DNA from: Eukaryota sp. TZLM1-RC
Lineage: Eukaryota; Protista; Metamonada: BaSk clade
DNA length: 64,000 nucleotides
Direction of reading: 5' to 3'
NCBI GenBank assembly: GCA_040285825.1
Contig: JAUPSS010000009.1
Coordinates: 248,001-312,000, forward strand
Positions 24,501 through 36,545 of this stretch are shown here, piece after piece; position 1 is the first letter of the stretch; the number at the start of each line of letters is the position of its first letter. The position numbers were made by a program, and so were the translations under genes. A model generated the notes under the pieces. The model did not search any database. It saw only the letters and a program-made list of their open reading frames with translations, and had not been told where the DNA came from.

Positions 24501-27500
24501 TTACTTTGAATGGAGATGTTTCTGTCACAGGCAATGTTGACATGAGGAATATTAGGGTAGAGCTCAATAAAAAGACTATGTGGAGTTGGGGATCAATTAG
24601 ATTGGATCAGAATTCCAAAGTGTTCGTTAATTCTCCTTTGTTTTTCAGTAGTATTCAAGGGTCGAAACTTTCCTCTGAAGTTGTTTCTCCAAACCAAGTT
24701 GAAATTAATAATTTATTTCAAATCAAGAACAACCGTTTTAATGCTTTTGTTTTCAATGTTGGAGTTTATTTTGGGGCTTCGTGCTTAATAGAAGCAATAG
24801 ATGAATCCAGAGTGATGTTCAGTGAAAATTCCATAATAAATGCAGATGATCACTTTTCAGTTGATCAGAATTTCATCATTTCTATTCATTCTGTTCTTAA
24901 TTTCAATTGTTTCTGGTATTTAGGTTCGTATTTGAATTGGTCAAGTGGAGTTTTAATATTTGGGCCTAATTCAGTCCTAAATATAGAAATTGTAAATTTA
25001 ACAAACTCTGAAATCGTTTGTGATCAATGCATGTTCAATTACCAAATCTTAAATGATAGTTTTTATTTGAAAGAAGTTCATTTGAAGGATTCGTCTCTAA
25101 AACTGTCGAATGTTTCCTATAATCTTTCTTTAACGGAATTTCGCTCAGCTAGTTCGATCATTTTGATTGATGATTCTTACCCAGTTTTTTTGAATTTACT
25201 GGCTTTTGATACAAATTTCACTTTATCAAACCTAGAACTTCCTTTATTTATTGGTGATTTGGTTTGTTTTGAGTGTTTTACGTTTGGATCATCTTACTTC
25301 ACCTTAATTATTGGTAATTCAAGTAATTCTAGTTTATATTCTGAAACTGGTGTTATTAAACTTGATCTCTTTGCTGATCTTGCCAAGATTTATGTACTAA
25401 ATGAACCCAGTTTCTGTTTAAACACATTTGAATCATCAGTCATGTTTCCTATTGACAATGCTCTAGATCTTGCACCTTTTATTGAATTTTCTGCCCTATA
25501 TGCTGAAATGACAACTTATTATTATTCTGATTATGCAGAAATTTTGTTTTACGGATCTCAAGCTTCAAATACTGCAACGAAATCGTTGGAATTTTCCTTG
25601 TCTGTACCAGTGATCCAATACCAAAATACCATTTCTTTTGATATTTGCCCAATAATTGTTGAACATTTCGCACCAGCCACAAATGGCCTAAATTCCCTAA
25701 TCACTGGGCGAAATTTTGGTAGTGGTACAGTCAAAATTTCGTATTATTCCCATGAATTCCTGGTTACATCACTCAACCATAATCATTTATCTTTTGACTT
25801 TGTTTCTGGATCTGGTTGTCATTACATTTACTTGACCAGACTCTCTGATAATGTTAATTCTGTTGAATACTACTTTTGTTATCAGAAACCCAAAATTTTA
25901 GAAATTGTACCATCTGTGTTACCAATGGTTGGAGAGGTTTCTGTCATTGGTTCAAATTTTGATCCGTTGTCTACAGTGATCTCTTTTGAGAATGCCAAAG
26001 TAGTTGCCAATATCACCAAAATTTCGTTTACTTCCCTCCAAATTTTTGTTCTATCTGTGTGTGATGTGGTTTATTCTGAAATTGAACTAATTATTCACGT
26101 GTTTCCGTTTGAGGCTTGTACCAAGTTTTCGATCACTTTTCCAAAATTTGAAGTGATTCCTTCTGTTTTCTCATCAGAACCATCTTTTGTTGTGCTGAAA
26201 TCCAAAAATTTGGCAACTCTTTTCCAGTGCAATTCGGGTTTTTCGGTCTTTTCTCCCAATATTGGTGAAATTCCTGCTTATTACAGCCATGAAATGATTC
26301 CTGACGATAACTCCCACGTTGCATTGAACCTTCCTTTGCTAGGTCTTGTCAATGTTATTAGACTTTTTTTTAAGTTGGAACCAAATTTAGGGTTGGATGT
26401 AGAATTCCCAGTAACTTCATTGTATCCATTACCCTTGAAATATGCCTGTTTTGTGGATCAGCCGTGTGCTATTACTGTTGTCAGTACTAACAATATTTTA
26501 AAATTAGATCAACTTGAGCTCTTTTATGGTGAAAATTTAATGGTCACTTACCATTCAAAAAATTCATCTTTATTTGAAATTATTTTCGTTACTAGTGAAA
26601 CAGGAGTTCCGAACATCCAGCTCTGCAGCACTGCTTTTTGTTATAAAATCCACTCTTTACCTTTTGTAATCAGGTTTGATTCTATCAATCCACATTATGT
26701 CAATTTTATGAATATTTCGATGAAGTTACCTGTGGATCTCTTCTCTTCTGGTCTTGATTTCTACAGCCTCGAACAGGTTAAAAATTCATTAGTTGTCAAT
26801 ATTTCGGACTATGAAATTATAGAAGTTTCTTCATCTCTGTTAACGATTATAATCATCATAAAAAAGCCTTGTACTGCAACATTCTATTTTAGACTGTTTA
26901 ATGAATCAATTACTCCAAGTAAATTCTCTGTTATTATTGATTATTTTGTTGAGATACCTCCTTTTATTCCAATTAATTCTGAGGTTTATCTTTATCTTTC
27001 TGTACCACTTGAAAATTTGTTTCTAATATTGGATGGAATTCATCAGTTGCGTTTTGGATTTAATGTTTTCAACGTGTCCTTACCTGTTGACCACGAGGTT
27101 TTCCTATTTCATTATTCATTCACCTTGCCAGTTTCAAAGACACTTGATAAGCCAGTTTTACCTCAATTATTACAATCATTTTCTTTCTACACTTTAATAA
27201 ATAAATGGTCGTTTGAATTCACTAGCTTTGAAGTCGTTAATATTGATGGAATTCACATTTCTTATTCTGAAGATACTTCTTTGATAGAGTTGAATGCTAC
27301 AACTGCTGAACCAGGTACTTTTCATTTAACAGTAATTAACAATTTTTTCAATTCTTTTTTTAAAATTGAATTTTTTGGTGACGTGGCATATCCTCCATTT
27401 AGCAATACAGTATCATCTGTTTTCAACTACAATTTAACTATCAATTCTTATTTTATGTTCAATTTTTCTCATTGTACTATTGCTTTTGAAATATTTGCAG

Positions 27501-30370
27501 ATAATACTGAGCATTTTACTCAGTTAATTTCTTCAAAGCAAAGAGTAGATTCTTGTGAATATTTTATCCTTGTTGATCTTACTATTCCATTGTTTTATGG
27601 TACAAGTTCTAATAATGTTTATTTATTAATCCCTGATTTTGATTGCATTCATTTGGGCAACATCACAATTTTCAATTTCGAATTTTATTCAGATAATTAT
27701 TTGTCTATTCATGAACTTAGAACTATTACTATCTACAGTACATCGACTGTAGACCTTTTACATGGGGGTCTACAGTGGAATTGTTATCTACAAGAGCAAC
27801 GACTGGCAATTGAAGTGGATGTTGATTCTATTCAAATTTTCAATGTTGCAGCACCATCATTACAACATTATTACCAAATTTCTGTTAGAATTGGAAATTT
27901 TGAGGTGAGCTCTGTCAATTTACCTGTTGAGCCCTTTTTTGAGGAACAATGCTATGTTTCTGTTCATAAATATCCAAGAATTCTGAATTTTTCCTTAATT
28001 GACACTGAAAGTTTTGACCAAATATTCGATCCTGTCGTGATTAATAATCTCAGGTGTTGTCAATATGATCTTGACTTGTGCTCAATCAACATCCGAAACA
28101 GCACTGAAATTTTGGTTGAATTTATGACTACTTTCGATGTTTATTATGTTGTTATAACCACCAATTCTACCTGTTCTGACTCAAATAGAATTTCTCCATT
28201 TGTAATCAAACCAAGAACAAATACTGTAGAGAATGATTGGCATTGTTACTCTATCCCAAACGGCTTCACATTTGCTTTGACCTGTTCCTTGAACTTTGAA
28301 TTGAAAGAAATCTCTGAATTTTATCTTTACACCTTGGAAAATGTTTCTATATTGGAGTTTGAAATTTACGGTCATGACACCTCTAAGTGTCTTTCTCCTA
28401 TTGATTTTTCTGTTGGTATTACCTCAAATGGTACTATTTTAGGTGTCAGTAATGTGTCAGCACAATATTTTGACAGTTTTCATTCAAATTTTGACAGTTT
28501 GCTCTTATTTTATTCGGCTTTATTTTCTAATAATTCAAATTTTCTCCCTATTATAATCATTCATGTTGAATTAACCTCTCCTTTTTGTTATTCATCTCAT
28601 ATTGCTTCATTTCAACACAAGGTAGATGAGCTCAATGACATTGTTCTTGTCAGGTCCAAAATTTGGGTTAATCCAGGTCAAGATCATTTTCAACTAAACC
28701 TTTTTTGTTTTGATTCATTTAAGCTGAAGTTAAACTGTTCTATTTTGGATTTAATTGTTACAAATTCGTCACTTTTTATTTACAATTATCATTTTAGTGA
28801 AGATTCTTTGCTTGTCTATCCCAATAGTTTCCCTCTAAATCATCATTTTATTGATGTTTCACTGAATTCGCATCGATTCATTTTAAATTTCACTCTTTTG
28901 GTTACTTTTGACTCTTATTTGTCAAGTAAATTGATTTCGAAATTTATTTGTCCCATAGCCAACCATGGATTCTTATCATGTACGGTAATCGAATTAAAGC
29001 TATTTTATAACGAAATTCAAAATTTAGAAACGATCACTCAATCTCTTTCTCTTGAGGATGTGGAATTTTCCACTTCTTCTTTTGTCAATATCATTGTTAG
29101 TGCCAATGAAATTCAATTGATTGGTCCTCCTGAAGCATATGTTACCCTATCATTTGCTTATAATAATCTAGCTTCATCATTTTCAACTACTTTGGAACCT
29201 TGCCCTTCTTCCACGATTATGGTTGATGGCCAATGCTCATGTCCTCCCGGAGAAGAAATAAGTCAATTTGGTCACTGTACAAAATGTGTGATTGATACCT
29301 TTAATGAATTTCCTCTTGGTATATGCATCTCATGCCCCTCTCCCAGAGTTACCCTTCACTCTGGCTCTTACCATGCTGATCAATGTGTTTGTCCCTCGCA
29401 AATGTTGGACATTCAAGGGGATTGTGTTTCTTGTCCTCGCTTTGCGCAGTGCCACCATGGAGATCTTTCTTTTGTTGCAAGAGGGTTCATTTTCGATGGT
29501 TATGCATTGGGAAGGTCTCCATTTAAGATGCTTGTCAGGAATTCTTCCTGTATAGAAGGACATCTGGGCCATCATTGCATGGAATGTGAAGAAGGTTATC
29601 GAACATCCCTTTTATTTTGTTTAAAAACAAATTCATTTATCAATACTTTTTATTCTTTATTTTGTATTTTGCTTTTATTTGTACTTGTTTTTGTTTTTGA
29701 CGTTTATGTGTTTCCTTTGTGCTTTAAAGATTACAAATTGCTGCCCATCCACCACACATCACTTTTAAGGGAATGTTTATATAAAATATCCCATCACTAC
29801 TCCCAATGGAGGTGGTGTCCTTTTGCATTCATTGTTGGTCTTTTTTCTATCATTTTTTACACTTTTGGAACTCCATTTCTATGGTTTTTCTCAGTTGTTT
29901 GTTATTCAATGGGATCTTTTCTTTTTTACCCTTTTGTTTTTGTCTGTGTCCGGTATTTTTTAAAGCTCCGTAAACGCTTTGATTGTGCTCTTCCACTCAA
30001 AAATAGTTCACTTTTTTCTGTTTTGGCTATTCTTGTTTCATGTTGGCTAGTCATTTATCAATATAGAGTGGCAATTGATGGTGATTTTTCCGTCTCTATT
30101 TATATGGTTATTTTTTGTTATATAACACTCATTACCATTTGTATCGTCCAGATAACGGCTCATCAATTACCAAGCTTGGTGGGCATCTTGGTTCTTATCT
30201 TGGTTGAAGTCATCCGTCCCTTCTTTTATTTTAGCTTTCATGCTGTGGTTTTTATTGTTTTACTACCGTTAAATTTTAATTTCAATAGAACGTTTATTGG
30301 GGCAGCAGCTTGTGTTTGTGTATTCAGGGTGTTCTTATACACTTATTATTCCATAATTTTTGGAATTTAG
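21555..30370 (+). CDS. Giant surface/membrane protein (~2,929 aa, 2 exons): signal peptide, RCC1-like repeats, beta-rich region, IPT/TIG-like domains, Cys-rich repeats, multi-pass C-terminus
   Basis: ORFs 21555..22526 and 22547..30370 join in frame via the 26-nt intron 22519-22544, restoring the RCC1 repeat IAVGKDCSLILGNNGLVYSWGR; ITGRNFG and VIGSNF TIG-like motifs; CxC..C repeats; hydrophobic C-terminus. Confidence 0.85.
22524..22543 (+). repeat. Interstitial telomeric repeat (TAACCC)3TA forming the body of a 26-nt intron
   Basis: GGTTTG-TAACCCTAACCCTAACCCTA-GGTTTG. Confidence 0.85.
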
Positions 30371-31331
30371 TCTACTTTATTTTTGCTTGTAAATATTCGT
30401 TTTTCATTCTCAGTACTTATTACACACTCGGAATCAAGAATTAAGACTCTTTGCCTACATTGAGTACACCGTAGTTGGCTAAGCAAAATCTAAACACAGT
30501 TACCGTTTAAACAATTGTTTAATTCAGTTACGTTCTGATTGTTTAGCAGCATTTCTGTCAAAAAAACATTTGTGTCATCAGCGTATTTTCATTAATCAAG
30601 TTGGACAGTACTTCATTGAAAATACACTTTAAATCCAAGCTAATGAATTTGAATTTATACTGATTGCAAGATAACATCTTGCTCTGAACCTCCAGCGTTT
30701 AGCTGATGTTTTTGCAGGAATGTTCTTTGAGTGGATTGTCATTCATTCTGTGCTTGGAGTGCAACCAGACTTTGGGTTTTTCTTTGTTTTATTAAATCAA
30801 TTTAAAACTGTTTTCCAGAATTTTATATTGTTTCTTAATTCAAAGCTTGTATTGGTTCTATCAAGTTACTATAGTACAAGTCATGGTAAAGTGCCCAAAG
30901 CCATCACAAACATCAAAACTACATCAATTAATTGAAAATATTCCAACCACTGCATTTAACTACTCATGACGTAGCACTGACGAGGCAATACAAAGGTATT
31001 TATTAGTGTTTGGTAGCTTATGAGCAATTTGGTAAATTGATTGTTACTGAAAGTGCCCTTAGGAAACACTGAAGCTACGATTTTGACTAAAACCACTTTG
31101 GTAAGTGCAAATGTAGGAACAGAAGAACATTTTCAACTTTAGAAGAAAGAGATGGGAGGTTGACAGAGGGAACAGTCATCTGAAATGAGAAGGGTCAATA
31201 ATTTATGAATCAGCTTTATTAATAAACTTGGATTTCTTTCTCTCCTTCGTGTGTTCATCTGCCTAACGGCATCAAAAATGGTCAATTTGTTTTGAAAAAG
31301 TCCCAGATCATAAACTTAATTGTAAACCAGA

Positions 31332-31970
31332 TCATATGAATGCAGTAGAAGACTCAGAATCCCTGGCAAAGGTTCGAAATAAATCCAGTATTCGATCACC
31401 ATTCAGCAATAGATTTTGAGACAGTAGGGGAGGGGGGTCAGAAAAAGGACGGAAGCAAGTGACGAGGGTAGAGAGACGTTGATAAAGAGAAAGAAGGAAA
31501 GGGTGGGGCAGGGTTGAGGTTGTTAGTTTGTACAAAAGGGAGACAATTAGTTGCCGATCATGATTCCATGATGGGGTGATGAATGATGGTTTAATTGAGC
31601 AAAGGAGGATTACTATTGCCGAAGCATGGGATAAGTCACAATCAGTGTTGAGTAGTGAAAACCAGTGTTTGGAAAAGTTTTGGAACTGAGGATGAAAACA
31701 TGCAGGAAGTAGACTCTTCTGTAGCTTTAATACAAGGTGTGGAACATCAGGAATAGAAGAGAGGGAAGACAGCCAGACTGATTCATATGAAGTCCAGGCA
31801 GTCACAAAAGAACTTGAGGGAAGGGACCTATGACAATGTAGTAACAGCTCTGTGTTGATCATTCTACGAAATAAGTGCCCCTGCATAGTAGAGACTTTTA
31901 TATTTGATTTGATTCCAGAATCAATTGTATTCATGGTTATATTCCATAGAGGAAGGAAGAAAAAAAACAT
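31332..31970 (-). CDS. Hypothetical protein (start and exon structure uncertain)
   Basis: 212-aa ORF with host-like composition; may have an upstream exon near 32005. Confidence 0.45.
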   Translation of the reverse strand: MFFFFLPLWNITMNTIDSGIKSNIKVSTMQGHLFRRMINTELLLHCHRSLPSSSFVTAWTSYESVWLSSLSSIPDVPHLVLKLQKSLLPACFHPQFQNFSKHWFSLLNTDCDLSHASAIVILLCSIKPSFITPSWNHDRQLIVSLLYKLTTSTLPHPFLLSLYQRLSTLVTCFRPFSDPPPLLSQNLLLNGDRILDLFRTFARDSESSTAFI

Positions 31971-32346
31971 TACTTAAAATAAAAGTGATTCTCAATTTCC
32001 GACATAAAGAGTGGTAGTAGCTGCAAGCAAGGATTCGTAGGAGAAGGTTCGTAGTAGAGTAAGTGATGAAATGTTGTAAGTGATGAAATGAAATTCAATT
32101 ACGAATCTGGGCAATGATGACAACCCAACCAAACTCCACTCACCAACTTTTGTAACATGTAGTTCTTGTCTGAAGAAAGGAAAATATTCAGAAAGTAATC
32201 TTGAACGATATGTCTCATTAATAAACACTTGTAACTAACTTTACTTTGAATTGACAACTATAAGATTGATTGACTTCAACAAATTTTCAATTTTAGGAAA
32301 CAAATTTTCAATCATTTCTGACTGTTTCCGTTCTGTGTTGACTGCC

Positions 32347-34212
32347 ATGGATAACGTTCTACAAACTACAACTGTGGGAGCGTCTGTCAACCAGTTCTTC
32401 GACTCAGAGGCACAAGAAGCAATGGAACGCCAGTTCCAAGTTCTTGCTAGTATTGGAGCTCATGCTACTCACCTAGCACGACTCTTTGTGCTCCAATACC
32501 CAGAACTTTCTATGTGGCTTACTCAAAGCCAGTTCTGGAGCCTCTGTTTCGACTTTGTTTGCCAAAGTGAGCCTAAACAAAGGAGGCCATTTGAAAACCA
32601 TCCTTTGGTTTACAAAGCGCTGCAACACCTTGTTCAGCACTGTTGGCCCTGGCGACCGCTGAATGAAACCACCTCAGCCGACGGTGGTAGATTTTGGTGT
32701 CTTTCCACTCTTCTTGGCAGTCGAGCCATCCAACTGCGAGAAGCCTTTTGTCAGTTGCTTGCTGACGGCCCTGTCGTCTGGAAACGCAATTTTTTCAAAA
32801 GCTGTGCTCAGTTTCTAAATTGCCCCTGGCCCAAGAAATACGCCGACTGTGTACTTCAAGGGATTCAGCCAGATGAGTCAATTTTACAATGGTATCAAGA
32901 AATACACCAGCATATCTTGGTCCATTGGCTCAATATGACAGCCAACGCCTATATTGGTGGCGGTGAAAATTTGTTCGAAAATTCAATAAGAAACGAACGG
33001 TTTCCCATCAATATGGAGTCTGCTGCAACAATCGTTCAATCTGGCTTGAACATTTTATCTTTTTTAGAAGATAACTGCCCTGATGTGATGAAAAGGCACT
33101 CTCTCTCTCCACTGTCCAGTTGGTCTCCATGCTTCTGCAGCTTGACTAAAGAAGCAGAAGCTTATTTCACAAAACTAAATGCAAACAAAGAGCTTCTGAA
33201 CAACCCTTATCGGTTTTTTAATAAATCGAAATTTATTAACTATACCATTTTTTCGAATGGTGATTCCATGCGGTTTACGTTTACCCAGAAGGAAAGAAAA
33301 ACTTATAATAGGCCAAATAAAGCGGAATTTGAGCCCAGGCGAGCCTCTGGAAATTATGATTTTCATAACTCTGAAAGGAAACGAAAATCCAATGTCCATA
33401 GAACAGCAAATCCACAGAGAAGACCGCGGTTACCAGTGGAACAACAGCCCAATTACAGAGATCCTGATGAAAATTTGTTTTTTGTAGCCATTGATCCCAA
33501 CCACAGCAATCTTTGTGGTTGGACTGCTGGTTCTTTCCGAAATTCTGCTACTGTTTTTGAACGTTCTGGACTGCTACTGAATCCAAAAGAACGAAGACTA
33601 AATCACCCCCCTCCTCTCACTCAAGCAACTCCTAACACTTATTCCGCTCAGAGCTTCCAAGAGTATCTGATTGAAATAAGTTTACCTTATGTTCCTGAAT
33701 CTGAGGAAGAGCCTGAATATGCTTCAATTATGTCTGGAAATTTGCAGCGTGGTGCAAGAAAAAAGCTGAGAAGAAATAAGTTTGATTTCTTCATACGAAG
33801 ACAAAAGAGACTAACTAGTTTTATTAACAAAATTAAACGCTTGTCTGAAGGAAGAAACACTATAGTTTGGTTCGGCAATGGCGGTGGTGGTCCTCGTCAA
33901 TCTGTGAAATCCCCCCGAAAGAGATTTCTCAAACAAATCAAAAAACACTTTGAAAGCGTCAAAGTCGGGGACGAGTTTATGACCTCAGCAAAAGTGAATT
34001 GCTGTAAGGTCTTTCATAGAAAGATCTATCATGATGACGGAAGGGTAAATAACGCTAAGTTCGATTGCCCTCGATGTCAGACCAACTGGTCTAGAGACAT
34101 CTCAGCCTCCAGAAACCAGCTGGAGATTGCAATTAGTGAGTATTTCACTGGTACTAGGCCAGAACCATTCAGAAGGCCAAGGCGTGTGAGACGTCTAAGA
34201 AGACAGCAGTAG
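32347..34212 (+). CDS. Intact Fanzor RNA-guided endonuclease, family B (621 aa from ATG 32347)
   Basis: Uninterrupted ORF; FSNGDS (TDG-equivalent), FVAIDPN (RuvC-I), VWFGNG, VGDEFMTS (RuvC-II), CC..CPRC zinc finger, WSRDISASRN (RuvC-III), RPEPFRR tail. Confidence 0.9.
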   Translation: MDNVLQTTTVGASVNQFFDSEAQEAMERQFQVLASIGAHATHLARLFVLQYPELSMWLTQSQFWSLCFDFVCQSEPKQRRPFENHPLVYKALQHLVQHCWPWRPLNETTSADGGRFWCLSTLLGSRAIQLREAFCQLLADGPVVWKRNFFKSCAQFLNCPWPKKYADCVLQGIQPDESILQWYQEIHQHILVHWLNMTANAYIGGGENLFENSIRNERFPINMESAATIVQSGLNILSFLEDNCPDVMKRHSLSPLSSWSPCFCSLTKEAEAYFTKLNANKELLNNPYRFFNKSKFINYTIFSNGDSMRFTFTQKERKTYNRPNKAEFEPRRASGNYDFHNSERKRKSNVHRTANPQRRPRLPVEQQPNYRDPDENLFFVAIDPNHSNLCGWTAGSFRNSATVFERSGLLLNPKERRLNHPPPLTQATPNTYSAQSFQEYLIEISLPYVPESEEEPEYASIMSGNLQRGARKKLRRNKFDFFIRRQKRLTSFINKIKRLSEGRNTIVWFGNGGGGPRQSVKSPRKRFLKQIKKHFESVKVGDEFMTSAKVNCCKVFHRKIYHDDGRVNNAKFDCPRCQTNWSRDISASRNQLEIAISEYFTGTRPEPFRRPRRVRRLRRQQ

Positions 34213-34324
34213 CTGTTTTAATCAACGTATTTCCAAGGTGTTTAGTGTATACTAACCCTTGGTGCTGAGAAGTTTACACAATTATTAGGGATATTTATTC
34301 AATATTCACTTTGTGTGAAATTCT
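34200..34324 (+). ncRNA. Putative family-B Fanzor omegaRNA scaffold
   Basis: Three hairpins (AGACAGC/GCTGTTT; CCAAGG..TTAGT/ACTAA..CCTTGG; AGAAGTTTACACA..GATATT/AATATT..TGTGTGAAATTCT) conserved with 45590-45710; homology ends at GTGAAATTCT. Confidence 0.75.
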
Positions 34325-34327
34325 CAG

Positions 34328-35428
34328 ATGTTGACTTCTCATATTCACTTGGAATGTCAGCTAATGTCGCATTACGATGTCGACTGCACTTATCATCCTT
34401 CTTCGCTTATCTCTTACTACTATACGCAAACAATAAAGCTTAAATCAATGCTCAAGTCATCGTTATATTTCTGCAGACAATTGCTTCAGTCAAACAACAT
34501 TCATCTTCCCAATGTCCCTTCTTTTAACCCAGATGAACACTGGGGTGATCTTGAAACTGACTGTGTTGAAGTTTTGCATCATCGTTTGGCCAATGCCGAA
34601 AGAAGTAAATCTAACCTGACAAAGCAGCTTAATCAGCTATCAATTGAGAAGGAACGATTTTCTTCAGAAATTGATGTACTAAGAAAGTCATTCTCGGAGC
34701 TCAATAGTCATTTGAATTCACAAAACAAATTGATGAAACAACAGAAAGAAGCATCAATACTTTTGGAAACCAAAAACTCAGATTTGGTGGTTGCCAAGAA
34801 AAACTTGATTCAAAGCAACATTAAACTCAAATCTGAAGTTAAAACATTAAATGACCTAAATTCCACAACAAATAACTTTTTGAATTCTTTAAAATTAAAG
34901 AATAATAAACTTATTAAAGAAACAAGTTATCTTCGTGCCCAACTTAACAGAATGGCTAGCTCTAACAGAAGACCAAGACCATGCATTCATTATGACACCT
35001 ATGTTCAAACAAATGGATCTTTTAGCAGTACTTTGGAAGTTAAGCTTTTGGCACTTCAGGAAACTATATCAAGAAAGGAAACTGTAATCAATCATTTAAA
35101 CAATCAGTTGAAGTCGATAAAAGAAAATACTAAATTGAAACCACCAAACATAGTCCAAAGAACCATAGCCTCGCAAACAGATCCATTCAACAATCCTAGA
35201 TTGGAAGAGGAACTGAGAAGGCAGCTTGTCAAAGTAAACTCATTATCAGAAACCCTCAAAGAAATACTTTCAAAAAGTAATAAATCATCACCTTCTAATC
35301 TCTATTTGGAAAGAACCCTTTCTAATGCAATGCATCTTACAATGGAAGGTAAAGCTGCAGGTGCTGCCAATGGAATGATCAAAATTTTGGAAGGAATGCG
35401 GGAGATGGTTTACCGTGATGCAAGCTGA
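34328..35428 (+). CDS. Hypothetical coiled-coil protein
   Basis: 366-aa ATG-initiated ORF, heptad-rich; AATAAA downstream near 35514. Confidence 0.7.
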   Translation: MLTSHIHLECQLMSHYDVDCTYHPSSLISYYYTQTIKLKSMLKSSLYFCRQLLQSNNIHLPNVPSFNPDEHWGDLETDCVEVLHHRLANAERSKSNLTKQLNQLSIEKERFSSEIDVLRKSFSELNSHLNSQNKLMKQQKEASILLETKNSDLVVAKKNLIQSNIKLKSEVKTLNDLNSTTNNFLNSLKLKNNKLIKETSYLRAQLNRMASSNRRPRPCIHYDTYVQTNGSFSSTLEVKLLALQETISRKETVINHLNNQLKSIKENTKLKPPNIVQRTIASQTDPFNNPRLEEELRRQLVKVNSLSETLKEILSKSNKSSPSNLYLERTLSNAMHLTMEGKAAGAANGMIKILEGMREMVYRDAS

Positions 35429-35659
35429 ATTTAATTAATTTAGTTTAAATTATTGTTTTTTACATGTAAATGTGAGCTCCTTGTTTATTTTGACAACTTA
35501 AACATTGAAATTTAATAAAATTAAAAGATAAAATAAAAATTTCCCAAGTTATAACTGTAATTGATTTAAAGAATTATAGATCATAAAAAATGATTTTTTC
35601 GCGTAAAGTATTTTTGAAAAATGGTAAAGCACACTCTTCACAAACAAACCGTATGCGCA

Positions 35660-36001
35660 CTAGAGCTTGATCTTGAGCTTTCTACGTCTTGGCCTTCCTT
35701 CACTCGACTCCTGTTGAATTGCTGGTTGGGATGTCTCAATAGTTGGAGATTTAGAGTCAGTTGGTGAAGGAGTAGGCTGTTGGGAAACAGTGGTTGATTC
35801 TGATGGTGTGGAAAAAACTGATGGTTGATCATGAACAACAACGTCTGTGCTGGGGATTTGTGAAAAGGAGGATGTTTGAGGAGATTCAGGCTTTTGTGGT
35901 GATGGGGGTCTGGTTGTAGGACTCCATAGAGGCAGTTGTAGGTGGAGATACCAACATTGTCGTTTCTCCCATCGGCGTTTTCTATTAGATTCTTCCATCA
36001 T
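35660..36001 (-). CDS. Small Ser/Pro-rich hypothetical protein with basic tail
   Basis: 113-aa ORF with tandem ATGATG start and C-terminal RPRRRKLKIKL. Confidence 0.5.
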   Translation of the reverse strand: MMEESNRKRRWEKRQCWYLHLQLPLWSPTTRPPSPQKPESPQTSSFSQIPSTDVVVHDQPSVFSTPSESTTVSQQPTPSPTDSKSPTIETSQPAIQQESSEGRPRRRKLKIKL

Positions 36002-36312
36002 TACAGATATTGTCTATAACAATGAAATAAGTGTCCTTTTTACACCGATGTAGAGGGTCTAAGTTTTTGAGAAGTGGAAGATTTTCTTCTTGATACCTTT
36101 TTCTTTGAACTTTCATCAACCTTGGCTCTTTGCAGGTTTACCGGTCAATCTCCGCCTTTTACATGTGCTTCCATCACTGCCAACATATCCAGCGAAGCTT
36201 TTTGATCTCTATTCCACAAACTTTCACTTGATTTACACATGGTAAGCACGTGACGAATAGACATCTCATGCCTCTTCCATGGCCTTGGAGTTCTACATCA
36301 TCGGAATGTTTC
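36002..36312 (-). mobile_element. Family-A Fanzor 3'-end-only fragment (RuvC-III remnant plus right end)
   Basis: Colinear, highly similar to 15630-15940. Confidence 0.9.
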
Positions 36313-36545
36313 GAATATATAAGTTATGGTTTGCACTCTCTTTTTAAAAGTTTTTTCTGAAAATAAATTCAACAATTCTTTTGTAATAAGAGTCATATTA
36401 TAAGATTATAACTTCACTATAAAGAAAAAGTTGCGAATGGTTGAACATTTTTTTGAATTACATCAACTAAAGTCAAAACGCTTCTCTATAAAATACCTTC
36501 AAGATGAAAAAAAAACAAAAATTCATTTACAAAACAAACAACACA

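Noticed and set aside
32220-32346. Search for a left end or TIR of the intact Fanzor; CAAATTTTCAAT occurs twice
   Set aside because: No inverted match to the right end and no second copy to define a boundary, so TAM and TSD cannot be called.
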